Source: Bacillales bacterium UBA3946
GTDB lineage: Bacteria; Bacillota_I; Bacilli_A; ML615J-28; CAG-698
Direction: 5' to 3'
Assembly (NCBI GenBank): GCA_002385575.1
Contig: DGDS01000002.1
Location: forward strand, 29,371 to 93,370
Length of the DNA: 64,000 nt
The notes under the pieces are model-generated. The model was not told where the DNA came from. It ran no database searches and saw nothing but the letters and a program-made list of their open reading frames with translations. A program made the position numbers and the translations under genes. Below are positions 47,392-55,991 of this stretch, piece by piece (position 1 is the stretch's first letter; the number at the start of each line of letters is the position of its first letter).

Positions 47392-49361
47392 AAGATATCA
47401 AAAAAGCGCTGGCGACGCTTAGGGTTCTGGCGGTCGAGCAAGTCGATAAAGCCAAATCCGGGCATCCCGGGATGGCCCTGGGCGCGGCGCCGATTGTTTT
47501 TACGCTTTACACCCGAATCATGAATGTTTTTCCCGATGCTGATCGCTGGATCAACCGCGACCGCTTCGTCCTGGCGGCCGGCCACGGCTCCGCCCTTTTA
47601 TATGCGGTTTTGCATTTGTCCGGATACGGCGTCGGAATTGACGATTTAAAGAATTTCCGGCAGTTTGACAGCATCACTCCCGGCCACCCTGAGTACGGCC
47701 TGACGCCCGGCGTCGATTCCACCAGCGGTCCGCTCGGACAGGGAATCTCGATCGGGGTCGGGATGGCGATCGCAGAAGAATACCTGCGCGCCCGTTTCAA
47801 TAAGGAAGGGCTGCCCCTGATCGATCACTATATCTACGTCCTGTGCGGCGACGGCGATATGCAGGAGGGAGTGACGCAGGAAGCGCTCAGCCTCGCCGGT
47901 CACTTACGGCTGTCGCGGCTCATCGTCCTGTATGATTCAAACGACATCCAGCTGGACGGGCCGGTAAAGGATACCACCACGGAGGATACCGCCGGTAAGA
48001 TGCGGGCAATGGGGTGGAATTACCTCTTTGTTCCCGACGGCGAGGATATCGGCGCCATCGAAGCCGCCATCACGCAAGCGAAAACGAGCGACCGGCCGAC
48101 ACTCATCGAGGTTAAAACGATCATCGGCGTCGGCTCGAGCGTGGCGGGATCCCATAAAGCCCATGGCAGTCCGCTGCCTTCGGAAGATGTGAAACGAATG
48201 CGGGCGGAACTCGGCGGCGAACCGTTCACAATCGAACCGGAAGTATACGAACACTTCCGCGCGGCAGTCTATGAACGGGGACGGAAGCTCTATCAGGAAT
48301 GGGAAAAAATAAAGGATGCCTACCAGAAAGAATATCCCGAGGAATACGAAACGTTTGTTTCAATCTTAAATGATGATTTCAAGATTGATTATCAGAAAAT
48401 CCTCAACGTAACCGCGGAAGAGGTAAAGGCGACGCGCGATTATGGCGGGGAAGCGATCGCCGTGATCGGAAAAATCCACGCCGGTTTGATCGGCGGCGCG
48501 GCCGACCTGTCCTCCTCGACGAAAATCAAAGGGTCATCCGGTAATTTCGAACCAAACAACCGTACGGGTCGGAACATCAACTTTGGCGTCCGCGAACACG
48601 CCATGGCCGCGATATGCAACGGTCTTGCCCTCCATCAACTACGCCCGGTCAGTAGCACGTTTTTCGTGTTTACCGATTATATGAAACCGGCGCTGCGGTT
48701 GGCGGCGTTGATGCATTTGCCGGTGGTCCATGTCTTTTCGCACGATTCGCTCGCGGTCGGCGAGGACGGGCCGACGCACCAGCCTGTCGAGCATCTGACG
48801 ATGCTAAGAAGCATTCCCAACCTGACGACGATCCGTCCGGCCGACGGGTATGAGACCGCGCTGGCGATGCGCTACGCGATGGAAAACAAAGACGGCCCGA
48901 CGGCGATCGTCCTGACCAGGCAGACCGTTTCCAATGTTGCCGCTTCCGTCGATTATCCTTCCTTCAAAAAGGGCGGTTATGTGCTTGCCCGCGAGGAAAA
49001 GAAAATCGACGGGATCATCATGGCGTCGGGATCGGAGGTGCAGCTTGCCCTTCAGGCGCAGGTCCAACTGCGCGAGCGCGGTTATGACGTCCGCGTCGTC
49101 AGCATGCCCAGCCTCGACCTTTTCGCTAAACAAAGCGCCGCGTATCAAAAAGAAGTGTTGCCGAGCGAAATCAAGGTCCGAGTGGCGGTGGAAATGAGCG
49201 AGGGCGCCCACTGGTACCGGTTCATCGGATCTGAAGGGGCTTTGCTTAACATCAACCGCTTCGGTGCGAGCGCGCCCGGGAAACAGGTCATCGCCGCTTA
49301 TGGTTTCACCGCCGCGCATGTCGTAGAGGAATTCATTCGCGTAATAAATAAAAAAAGCTAG
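47388..49361 (+). CDS. tkt: Transketolase
   Basis: TPP-binding motifs (GHPG, GDGDMQEG), 657 aa. Confidence 0.95.
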   Translation: MKDIKKALATLRVLAVEQVDKAKSGHPGMALGAAPIVFTLYTRIMNVFPDADRWINRDRFVLAAGHGSALLYAVLHLSGYGVGIDDLKNFRQFDSITPGHPEYGLTPGVDSTSGPLGQGISIGVGMAIAEEYLRARFNKEGLPLIDHYIYVLCGDGDMQEGVTQEALSLAGHLRLSRLIVLYDSNDIQLDGPVKDTTTEDTAGKMRAMGWNYLFVPDGEDIGAIEAAITQAKTSDRPTLIEVKTIIGVGSSVAGSHKAHGSPLPSEDVKRMRAELGGEPFTIEPEVYEHFRAAVYERGRKLYQEWEKIKDAYQKEYPEEYETFVSILNDDFKIDYQKILNVTAEEVKATRDYGGEAIAVIGKIHAGLIGGAADLSSSTKIKGSSGNFEPNNRTGRNINFGVREHAMAAICNGLALHQLRPVSSTFFVFTDYMKPALRLAALMHLPVVHVFSHDSLAVGEDGPTHQPVEHLTMLRSIPNLTTIRPADGYETALAMRYAMENKDGPTAIVLTRQTVSNVAASVDYPSFKKGGYVLAREEKKIDGIIMASGSEVQLALQAQVQLRERGYDVRVVSMPSLDLFAKQSAAYQKEVLPSEIKVRVAVEMSEGAHWYRFIGSEGALLNINRFGASAPGKQVIAAYGFTAAHVVEEFIRVINKKS

Positions 49362-49382
49362 ACGGTTTCTAGCTTTTTTCTT
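49352..49382. terminator. Bidirectional terminator between tkt and sspI
   Basis: AAAAAAAGCTAGACGGTTTCTAGCTTTTTTC. Confidence 0.7.
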
Positions 49383-49384
49383 AA

Positions 49385-49591
49385 TCAACTGATGTTTGAA
49401 GTAATCGTCTGGACGATGTGGTTTCGTTCATCCTCGCCGACGCTGTTCCAATAGATCTCGAACAGCGCCCCCAGACCCGGGAGGACTTTTTCTTCCCTGA
49501 TGTTGATCGCGTCGACGATCGTGCTTTTGACGTCCTCGAACGAGGAATTGTTCAGATTGTTTTTCACTGCCTGTCTGATATCAATGTTCAT
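49385..49591 (-). CDS. sspI: Small acid-soluble spore protein I
   Basis: 68 aa, co-linear with B. subtilis SspI (IRQAVKNNL...EDVKSTIVDAI..REEKVLPGLGALFEIYW). Confidence 0.7.
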   Translation of the reverse strand: MNIDIRQAVKNNLNNSSFEDVKSTIVDAINIREEKVLPGLGALFEIYWNSVGEDERNHIVQTITSNIS

Positions 49592-49674
49592 ATTGTTGCT
49601 CCTTTTTATATTTTTGCTATGTTATTTTTCCCCATATAATGATATACTATACATCGAAGAAAACAGGTGATTTT

Positions 49675-51018
49675 ATGAACTTTTTACAACCATTGAAGAA
49701 ATACGAACAGGAATTGATCGAGGATTTGCGCGGACTTCTGGCATGCAAAAGCGTGCTGGAGGAAAACCCGGATGATCCGGAAGCGCCCTTCGGCATTGGT
49801 TTGCGTCAAAGCCTTGATTATGTGTTGAAACTGGGCGCCCGTTACGGCTTTGAGACCCTCAACGTCGACAATATCGCCGGCCATATCGAGTACGGCGAAG
49901 GGGAGGAGATCATCGGCGTGCTGTGCCATGTGGACGTGGTACCTGCCGACGGTAAGTGGGATTATCCGCCGTTTACGGGAACGGTCGTAAACGGCCGGAT
50001 TTACGGCCGCGGCGCCGTCGACGACAAAGGTCCGACGATTAGCAGCCTTTACGCGCTGCGCTTGCTCAAGGACGCAGGAATCGTTCCCAAGAAAAAGATT
50101 CGGTTGATCATCGGCACCGACGAGGAAAGCCACTGGCGCGGTATCAGCAGATACCTGCAGGTGTGTCCAATGCCCGATTTCGGGTTTTCTCCGGACGCCG
50201 ATTTCCCCCTGATCTACGGGGAAAAAGGAATCCTCCAGATAAAGTTGTCCGCAACGCGGGGATCAAACCTTACCCTGAAAAGCGGAAGCCGGTACAACGT
50301 CGTTCCGGCGGAGGCGGAAGCGCGAAACGCGGACGGACTGGAAAAGGAGTTTTTGGACCATCTTAAGGAAAACGACCTGGCCGGCGCTGCCCAGGATGGC
50401 GTTTTGACGTTGCACGGACTTAGCGCCCACGCGATGGAACCCGAGAGAGGCGTTAACGCGGCCGCTAAGATGGCCCGCTTCCTCGCTGGCCGTACGGATA
50501 ACGATTTGCTCCGGTTCGTAAACGACGTGTTGGGCGACTCACGCCTGAAAAAGGCCGGATTTGCTTTTACTGACCCTGAGATGAAGGATCTGACGTGTAA
50601 CCTGGGGATCTTGGAAATCAACGAAAAAGGCGGTTTTGTCTGCCTTGATTTCCGTTACCCGATCCGCTGGGACAAAGACGGCTTCCTTAAGGAATTTTTC
50701 AATCTCGCCGCAAGTTACAACCTGACTGCGGAAATCACCACGCATAAACCAGTCCACTATATCGACAAGGACGACCCCGACATAAAGAAAATGCATGAGG
50801 CCTATGTCAAATACACCGGCGACACAGAGTCGCCCCTTAAGACCATCGGCGGCGGAACTTACGCCCGCGCGCTGCGCAAGGGCGTGGCATTCGGCATCCA
50901 CTTCCCGGGAAACGAGGACGTTGTCCATCAAGCCAACGAATACATCGCGATCAAGGACCTGCTCACAGCGACGGCGATTTACGCCGAGGCGCTGTATCGG
51001 CTTACCTGTGAGGAATGA
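49675..51018 (+). CDS. M20-family dipeptidase (PepV/Sapep-like)
   Basis: HVDVVP and GAVDDKG motifs, an M20 dimerisation/lid domain, about 448 aa from the ATG at 49675. Confidence 0.75.
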   Translation: MNFLQPLKKYEQELIEDLRGLLACKSVLEENPDDPEAPFGIGLRQSLDYVLKLGARYGFETLNVDNIAGHIEYGEGEEIIGVLCHVDVVPADGKWDYPPFTGTVVNGRIYGRGAVDDKGPTISSLYALRLLKDAGIVPKKKIRLIIGTDEESHWRGISRYLQVCPMPDFGFSPDADFPLIYGEKGILQIKLSATRGSNLTLKSGSRYNVVPAEAEARNADGLEKEFLDHLKENDLAGAAQDGVLTLHGLSAHAMEPERGVNAAAKMARFLAGRTDNDLLRFVNDVLGDSRLKKAGFAFTDPEMKDLTCNLGILEINEKGGFVCLDFRYPIRWDKDGFLKEFFNLAASYNLTAEITTHKPVHYIDKDDPDIKKMHEAYVKYTGDTESPLKTIGGGTYARALRKGVAFGIHFPGNEDVVHQANEYIAIKDLLTATAIYAEALYRLTCEE

Positions 51019-51668
51019 GACTCAGACAGATCAAGGATGCCGATTTGAAACTCCGGGATTATCCGCAGTTTGTCGTTTTTAACCCGGAGAAGCACCAGGG
51101 CCGCTGGTCGTCCCTTTTCCCCGCGCCCAATCCGCTGCATCTGGAGATCGGGATGGGGAAAGGCAAGTTCATCATCGAGCAGGCGATGCGCCATAATGAT
51201 GTGAACTTCATCGGGTGCGAACTTTCCGCCACCATCACCCTGAAAGCGGCGCGTAAGGTCGCCGCGGTTAATCCGCCGAATCTGAAACTGATCAATTGCC
51301 CGGCGCAGGATCTTGAGAAAATATTCGCCGCCGGCGAAATAACGAAAATATATCTTAATTTTAGCGATCCCTGGCCAAAAAACCGCCACGAGAAGCGGCG
51401 TCTTACAAGCGATTATTTTCTGAACGCTTACTGGCTGCTTTTGGCGTCGGATGGTGAGATCGAGTTTAAGACCGACAATCCTGAATTTTACGCGTACAGC
51501 CTGGTTCAATTCAACAATCATCGTTTCCGTTTTCTTGAGGCCAGCCTCGACCTGCACAATAGCGGTCGGGAAGACCTTATCATGACCGAATACGAGGAAA
51601 GGTTCGCGCAAAACAACCAAAAAATCTATTATCTGAAGGTGAAAAAATGGACATCAGAAAGAGAATGA
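51015..51668 (+). CDS. trmB: tRNA (guanine46-N7)-methyltransferase
   Basis: SAM-binding EIGMGKG, FSDPWPK and a conserved C-terminal region. Confidence 0.9.
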   Translation: MRLRQIKDADLKLRDYPQFVVFNPEKHQGRWSSLFPAPNPLHLEIGMGKGKFIIEQAMRHNDVNFIGCELSATITLKAARKVAAVNPPNLKLINCPAQDLEKIFAAGEITKIYLNFSDPWPKNRHEKRRLTSDYFLNAYWLLLASDGEIEFKTDNPEFYAYSLVQFNNHRFRFLEASLDLHNSGREDLIMTEYEERFAQNNQKIYYLKVKKWTSERE

Positions 51669-52726
51669 GCATTTACGAAGATTTGGTCAACCTGGACGGC
51701 ATTTCCGGGTTTGAAGGAAGCGTCCGCGATTACATGCGCCGGGAGATCAAAAAAGTCACGGACAACATCATCCGCGACAAGCTAGGCAGCATTTTCGGCG
51801 TCATGACCGGGAAGGAACGTCCAGTGATCATGATCGCCGGGCACATGGACGAAGTTGGAGCCATGGTCACGGAAATCACGGAAAAAGGCTTCATAAAAAT
51901 GATTCCCATCGGCGGCGTCAACCCGGAAACGATGATATCGCAGAATGTGGCCATCACTGTTGGAAAAGGCAAAAAGATCCGCGGCGTCGTTGGCGCCATC
52001 CCCCCGCACATCAACCGCGGTTCGGAACAGCCGCCCGCCCCGTCCTTTGAGAAACTCCTCATCGACGTTGGCGCCGATTCGCGTGAACAAGCCAGGGAAA
52101 TGGGGATTGAAGTCGGCCAGATGATCACGTTTGTGAATCAGTACTATATTACTGAAGACGGGAAGAAAATCGTTTCGAAGGCCTGGGACAACCGTTTCGG
52201 CTGCGGGATGGCATTGGAGATCCTTCAGGAAATCAAGGACATTTCCCATCCGAACACGGTCGTGGCGGGGGCTACCGTCCAGGAGGAAGTCGGACTCCGC
52301 GGCGCGTACACCGCTTCCCAGACGGTCAAATCGGACTTGTTTATCGCCATCGACGTTTCCCCGGTCGGCGACTTTCTCGACAAGAGCCATCCGCGGGCGT
52401 TTGGAAAATTGGGCGGCGGCTTTTTAGTCCGTTTTTACGACCCGATAAACATCATGAATCCGGCCGTGAAACGGTATTTTGAGGATCTTGCGGAGAAGAA
52501 TAACATTCCGTTCCAGCAGTTCCTTTCGATGGGCGGAACGGATGCCGGCGCGGCTCAGTATGCGGGCGGCGGGGCCTTTTCCGTAACCGTCGGGTTGCCC
52601 GGACGCTATATCCATTCCACGGCCGCGATGATCCACATCGACGACGTGGAGGCGGTCAAGGCGATGCTTTTGGCCGTGATCAAGGATTTCGATTTGAATC
52701 GCCTTGAGGAACTGCGGAATGCGTAA
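51647..52726 (+). CDS. M42-family aminopeptidase (YsdC/FrvX-like)
   Basis: M42 glutamyl-aminopeptidase fold (GHMDEVG, metal-binding D/E/H pattern), 359 aa. Confidence 0.8.
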   Translation: MDIRKRMSIYEDLVNLDGISGFEGSVRDYMRREIKKVTDNIIRDKLGSIFGVMTGKERPVIMIAGHMDEVGAMVTEITEKGFIKMIPIGGVNPETMISQNVAITVGKGKKIRGVVGAIPPHINRGSEQPPAPSFEKLLIDVGADSREQAREMGIEVGQMITFVNQYYITEDGKKIVSKAWDNRFGCGMALEILQEIKDISHPNTVVAGATVQEEVGLRGAYTASQTVKSDLFIAIDVSPVGDFLDKSHPRAFGKLGGGFLVRFYDPINIMNPAVKRYFEDLAEKNNIPFQQFLSMGGTDAGAAQYAGGGAFSVTVGLPGRYIHSTAAMIHIDDVEAVKAMLLAVIKDFDLNRLEELRNA

Positions 52727-53225
52727 GTGTTATCTCGGTTCCCTGAACAAGGCGAAACTTGCGGCGGTGCGCGCGGTCCTCAACGATTTCGATGTCATCG
52801 GCGTCGCCGTCGATAACGGCGTCGGGAACCAGCCACTTTCCGACGCGGAAACGATTCAGGGAGCCTATAACCGCGCCATTCAAATGCCGGCGGACGGATT
52901 GCGTCTCGGCCTTGAGGCGGGCGTGCAACTCCATGGCGAGCGGTTGTTCCTCGTCAACTGGGGCGTCCTCATCGACGAGGATGGGGAAACATATTATGCC
53001 GGCGGGACGCGGATCCCCCTGCCGGATTTCATCAAGGAGGAACTGCTCGCGGGGAAACGGGAATTGTCGGAGATCATGAACGAATACCTGCATACCCGCG
53101 ACATCAACCAGAAGGAAGGCGCCATCGGCCATTTCACTGCATCGGTGGTGAAACGCGCGGACATCTTCACGCATATCGTGAAACTGCTATATGGACAATA
53201 TTTAAAAAGGAGGAGCGATAAATGA
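52719..53225 (+). CDS. Inosine/xanthosine triphosphatase (YjjX/DUF84 family)
   Basis: Co-linear with E. coli YjjX, including the KEGAIGHFT motif. The ATG at 52719 overlaps the upstream stop. Confidence 0.65.
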   Translation: MRKCYLGSLNKAKLAAVRAVLNDFDVIGVAVDNGVGNQPLSDAETIQGAYNRAIQMPADGLRLGLEAGVQLHGERLFLVNWGVLIDEDGETYYAGGTRIPLPDFIKEELLAGKRELSEIMNEYLHTRDINQKEGAIGHFTASVVKRADIFTHIVKLLYGQYLKRRSDK

Positions 53226-53773
53226 AAGGATTAATCATTCTCGCCAATGGTTTTGAGGACACGGAAGCGATCATGACAATCGACATCCTGCGACGGGCGA
53301 AACTGTCGCTGACCGTGGCCTCCGTAAGCGACGAACTGGAAGTGAAGTCCCAGTCGGGACTGCCTGTGAAGGCGGAAGTCGCGCTGAAGGAAGTCAACGA
53401 CCAGCTTTATGATTTCCTAGTCATTCCGGGCGGAAGGGCGGTCCGGGAAGTTCTCGAGCATAACAAGAAAGTCCTGACTCTCATCGACAAATTCGTCCTG
53501 GGGGAGAAACTTGTGGCGGCGATTTGCGCGGCGCCCTCACTTCTCGGCAAACGCGGACATTTCAAAGGGCAAACCTACACATGTTTCCCCGGCTTTGAGA
53601 AAGACATTACGGAAGGAAAACATCTCGGGAAAAAGGGCGTGGTCCGGAGCGGAAAATTTATCACCGCTCGCGCCATGGGGTATACGGCGGCGTTTGCCTA
53701 TGAAATCGTCGAATTTTTGCTCAGCAAGGAAGCGCGAGTCAAAGTAGAGAAAAACTGCAACGGTGAACTGTAA
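53222..53773 (+). CDS. DJ-1/PfpI-family protein
   Basis: Class I glutamine-amidotransferase-like fold with a nucleophile elbow (AAICAAP). Confidence 0.8.
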   Translation: MKGLIILANGFEDTEAIMTIDILRRAKLSLTVASVSDELEVKSQSGLPVKAEVALKEVNDQLYDFLVIPGGRAVREVLEHNKKVLTLIDKFVLGEKLVAAICAAPSLLGKRGHFKGQTYTCFPGFEKDITEGKHLGKKGVVRSGKFITARAMGYTAAFAYEIVEFLLSKEARVKVEKNCNGEL

Positions 53774-53838
53774 GAATCAGATTTTTTGCAGTTTTTCCTT
53801 TTATCTTCATATAATAATGAAGCGGGAGGTGTTGTTCC

Positions 53839-54669
53839 ATGAAGATCAACATCGTTTTCGAGGGCGGCGGAATCAAGGGCATCGCTTATATCGGGGTGCT
53901 GAAATTTTTGGAGGAACGGGGCATTCTGGTATATCAGATCGGCGGCACGAGCGTCGGTGCGATTATCGCGGCGCTCATCGCCATCGGATACAATTCCGCC
54001 GAGCTGATAGAATTGATCTCCAACTTCGATTTTTCCATCCTCAAGCATTTTGGGAAAGAAGGTCGGATGCGCGGTCTCATCGACTCGGTGAAAGGAATCG
54101 GTATTTATTCGCTTCAGGATTTTGAGAATTACATGCAAACGCTGGCTCAGGCGAAAAACAAGACGAAGTTTCTGGATGTGAAACACGGGGAGGATTACTT
54201 ATTGAAAATGGTCGCCACCGAATGGGTGACGAAAAGGAAGGTAATCATTCCCGATGATCTGAAATATTTCAATATCAATCCCGATTCGTTCCCGATCGCC
54301 AAGGCGGCGACGATGTCGGCGAGCATCCCGATCTTTTACCGCTACTACCCAATCGACAAATACCGTTTCCTTGACGGTGGGATCGTGAGCAATTTTCCTA
54401 TCGACCTGTTTGCCGGAAGCAACCTGTTGACCTTGGGATTCCGCGTCAACGAGAAACTCGTCGACCGGAACAAGGCGGTAAAGATGTACCGCCGGAAAGT
54501 GTTCAAGATCGATCAGGAGATCGATTACGGCAATCATGAGATTATCAACATCGACACGTTCAAACTCCGCGCCGTCGATTACCGGCGGGGTCTGGCGTAC
54601 AAGGACCAATTGATCGCGTCCGGTTACGAAAGTATCAAAAAGTATTTTTATGAGAAAATGGTCAATTGA
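53839..54669 (+). CDS. Patatin-like phospholipase
   Basis: Oxyanion GGGIKG, GTSVGA (the GxSxG catalytic Ser) and DGG (the catalytic Asp). Confidence 0.85.
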   Translation: MKINIVFEGGGIKGIAYIGVLKFLEERGILVYQIGGTSVGAIIAALIAIGYNSAELIELISNFDFSILKHFGKEGRMRGLIDSVKGIGIYSLQDFENYMQTLAQAKNKTKFLDVKHGEDYLLKMVATEWVTKRKVIIPDDLKYFNINPDSFPIAKAATMSASIPIFYRYYPIDKYRFLDGGIVSNFPIDLFAGSNLLTLGFRVNEKLVDRNKAVKMYRRKVFKIDQEIDYGNHEIINIDTFKLRAVDYRRGLAYKDQLIASGYESIKKYFYEKMVN

Positions 54670-54692
54670 AACCTTATTTTCCCGATTAACCA

Positions 54693-54722
54693 ATAAAGCC
54701 GTTTTCGGCTTTATTTTTTTAA
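54693..54722 (+). terminator. Terminator after the patatin gene
   Basis: AATAAAGCCGTTTTCGGCTTTATTTTTTT. Confidence 0.7.
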
Positions 54723-54806
54723 ATCCTTGCAAAAATTGATAATTTTGTTATAATCATAGAAAAACCAAAAATTGACTTGTGGAGTTATGCCGCGGAAGGA
54801 GAAATA

Positions 54807-55835
54807 ATGAAGGAATTATATAATGCTTTATATGAAAGAATCAACGGTCTCGATTTTTCCCGCTTATGGCCTGGTTTCAAATCGTTCCGGTTCGCGCTTT
54901 ATGACGATGAAAAGGTATTGCTGGGCGAAGAGGTTTTTGCGAAAGACGAGCGTTTCATCGGCAATACCGCGATCATGTATGGCGATGAGTTTTTGGCGAT
55001 CTGGGACGTAAGTCTCAGCCCCGTTAGCGATCCGGACATCTTCGCCGTGAAGATCATCCACGAGATGTTCCACGCCTTTCAAAGGCAAAGCGGTGAAACG
55101 CGTTGGGCGAACGAACTTAGCGGCCTGAAATATGCTTACGCTTCCGACAACCTTACCATTAAGCATCGGGAGAACATACTTCTACTGGCGGCTTACGATG
55201 GATTCGCGCCGGAAAAACTGGACGAGTTTTTCTCCTTGAGAAAGTTGAGACGGGAAAAGTATGCGTCTGAAGTCGAATATGAGACAAGAATTGAAACGAT
55301 CGAAGGTCTCGCCAATTATGTGGAACTGATGGCCCTGTGCCAATTAAGCCCCGATAAATATGAAAAGGCAGTCGCGGAAATTAAGGATGAAATCGGCAAG
55401 GTCTCCAACCTGATTCCGATAAGGAAGGTTTGTTATTACACCGGAGCCCTGCTTTTGATCATTTGCTCAGAAAACGGAATTCCATTTGCCCATAAGATCG
55501 GCGCCGAGGAAAAAACGTTTTACGAACTGGTTGCAAAAGACGTGGCGGCGGGCGGAATAAGCCTTGAGATGAATGCGGAAATCGAATCACTGATCAAAAA
55601 ATATCATGACGAAAACGAGAAATTGATTCACGATTTCATCGCTTCTCATCCCTGTCGTCTGGAAGGAAAATATCCGCTGCGCGGCCTTGACCCGATGAAT
55701 ACCATTAAGTTCGGGGAATACCTTTATTGCAAGCATTTTATCTCTTATTCCGATGCCGGCGCGCTGCAATTTGTTAAGCAACCGTGCGTGGTAAAAGTGG
55801 ATGAACAGTTCAACATCCTCGCTTTATATTGTTAG
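54807..55835 (+). CDS. Hypothetical protein with an HExxH...E zinc-metallopeptidase-like motif
   Basis: IHEMFHAF followed about 60 aa later by ETIEGLANYVE. No family is recognised. GGAAGGAG RBS, ATG at 54807. Its own promoter is TTGCAA-16-TGtTATAAT. Confidence 0.5.
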   Translation: MKELYNALYERINGLDFSRLWPGFKSFRFALYDDEKVLLGEEVFAKDERFIGNTAIMYGDEFLAIWDVSLSPVSDPDIFAVKIIHEMFHAFQRQSGETRWANELSGLKYAYASDNLTIKHRENILLLAAYDGFAPEKLDEFFSLRKLRREKYASEVEYETRIETIEGLANYVELMALCQLSPDKYEKAVAEIKDEIGKVSNLIPIRKVCYYTGALLLIICSENGIPFAHKIGAEEKTFYELVAKDVAAGGISLEMNAEIESLIKKYHDENEKLIHDFIASHPCRLEGKYPLRGLDPMNTIKFGEYLYCKHFISYSDAGALQFVKQPCVVKVDEQFNILALYC

Positions 55836-55991
55836 TACGAGCGACCCATAAAATAGGAAAACAGAACGAAATAGCGGGTTTTAATGGATAATATACTCAC
55901 AGAGACAATATCTAACGAAAAATGTAATTGTCCTTGAAGAAAACCCGCATTTATGTTAAAATAATTATGATAATAAAATCAGTGAAATGCG

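Noticed and set aside
55860-55991. M-box (Mg2+) riboswitch upstream of the P-type ATPase.
   Set aside because: The region is too short (about 130 nt) and shows no resemblance to the conserved M-box core. It is retained only as an unexplained inverted repeat.
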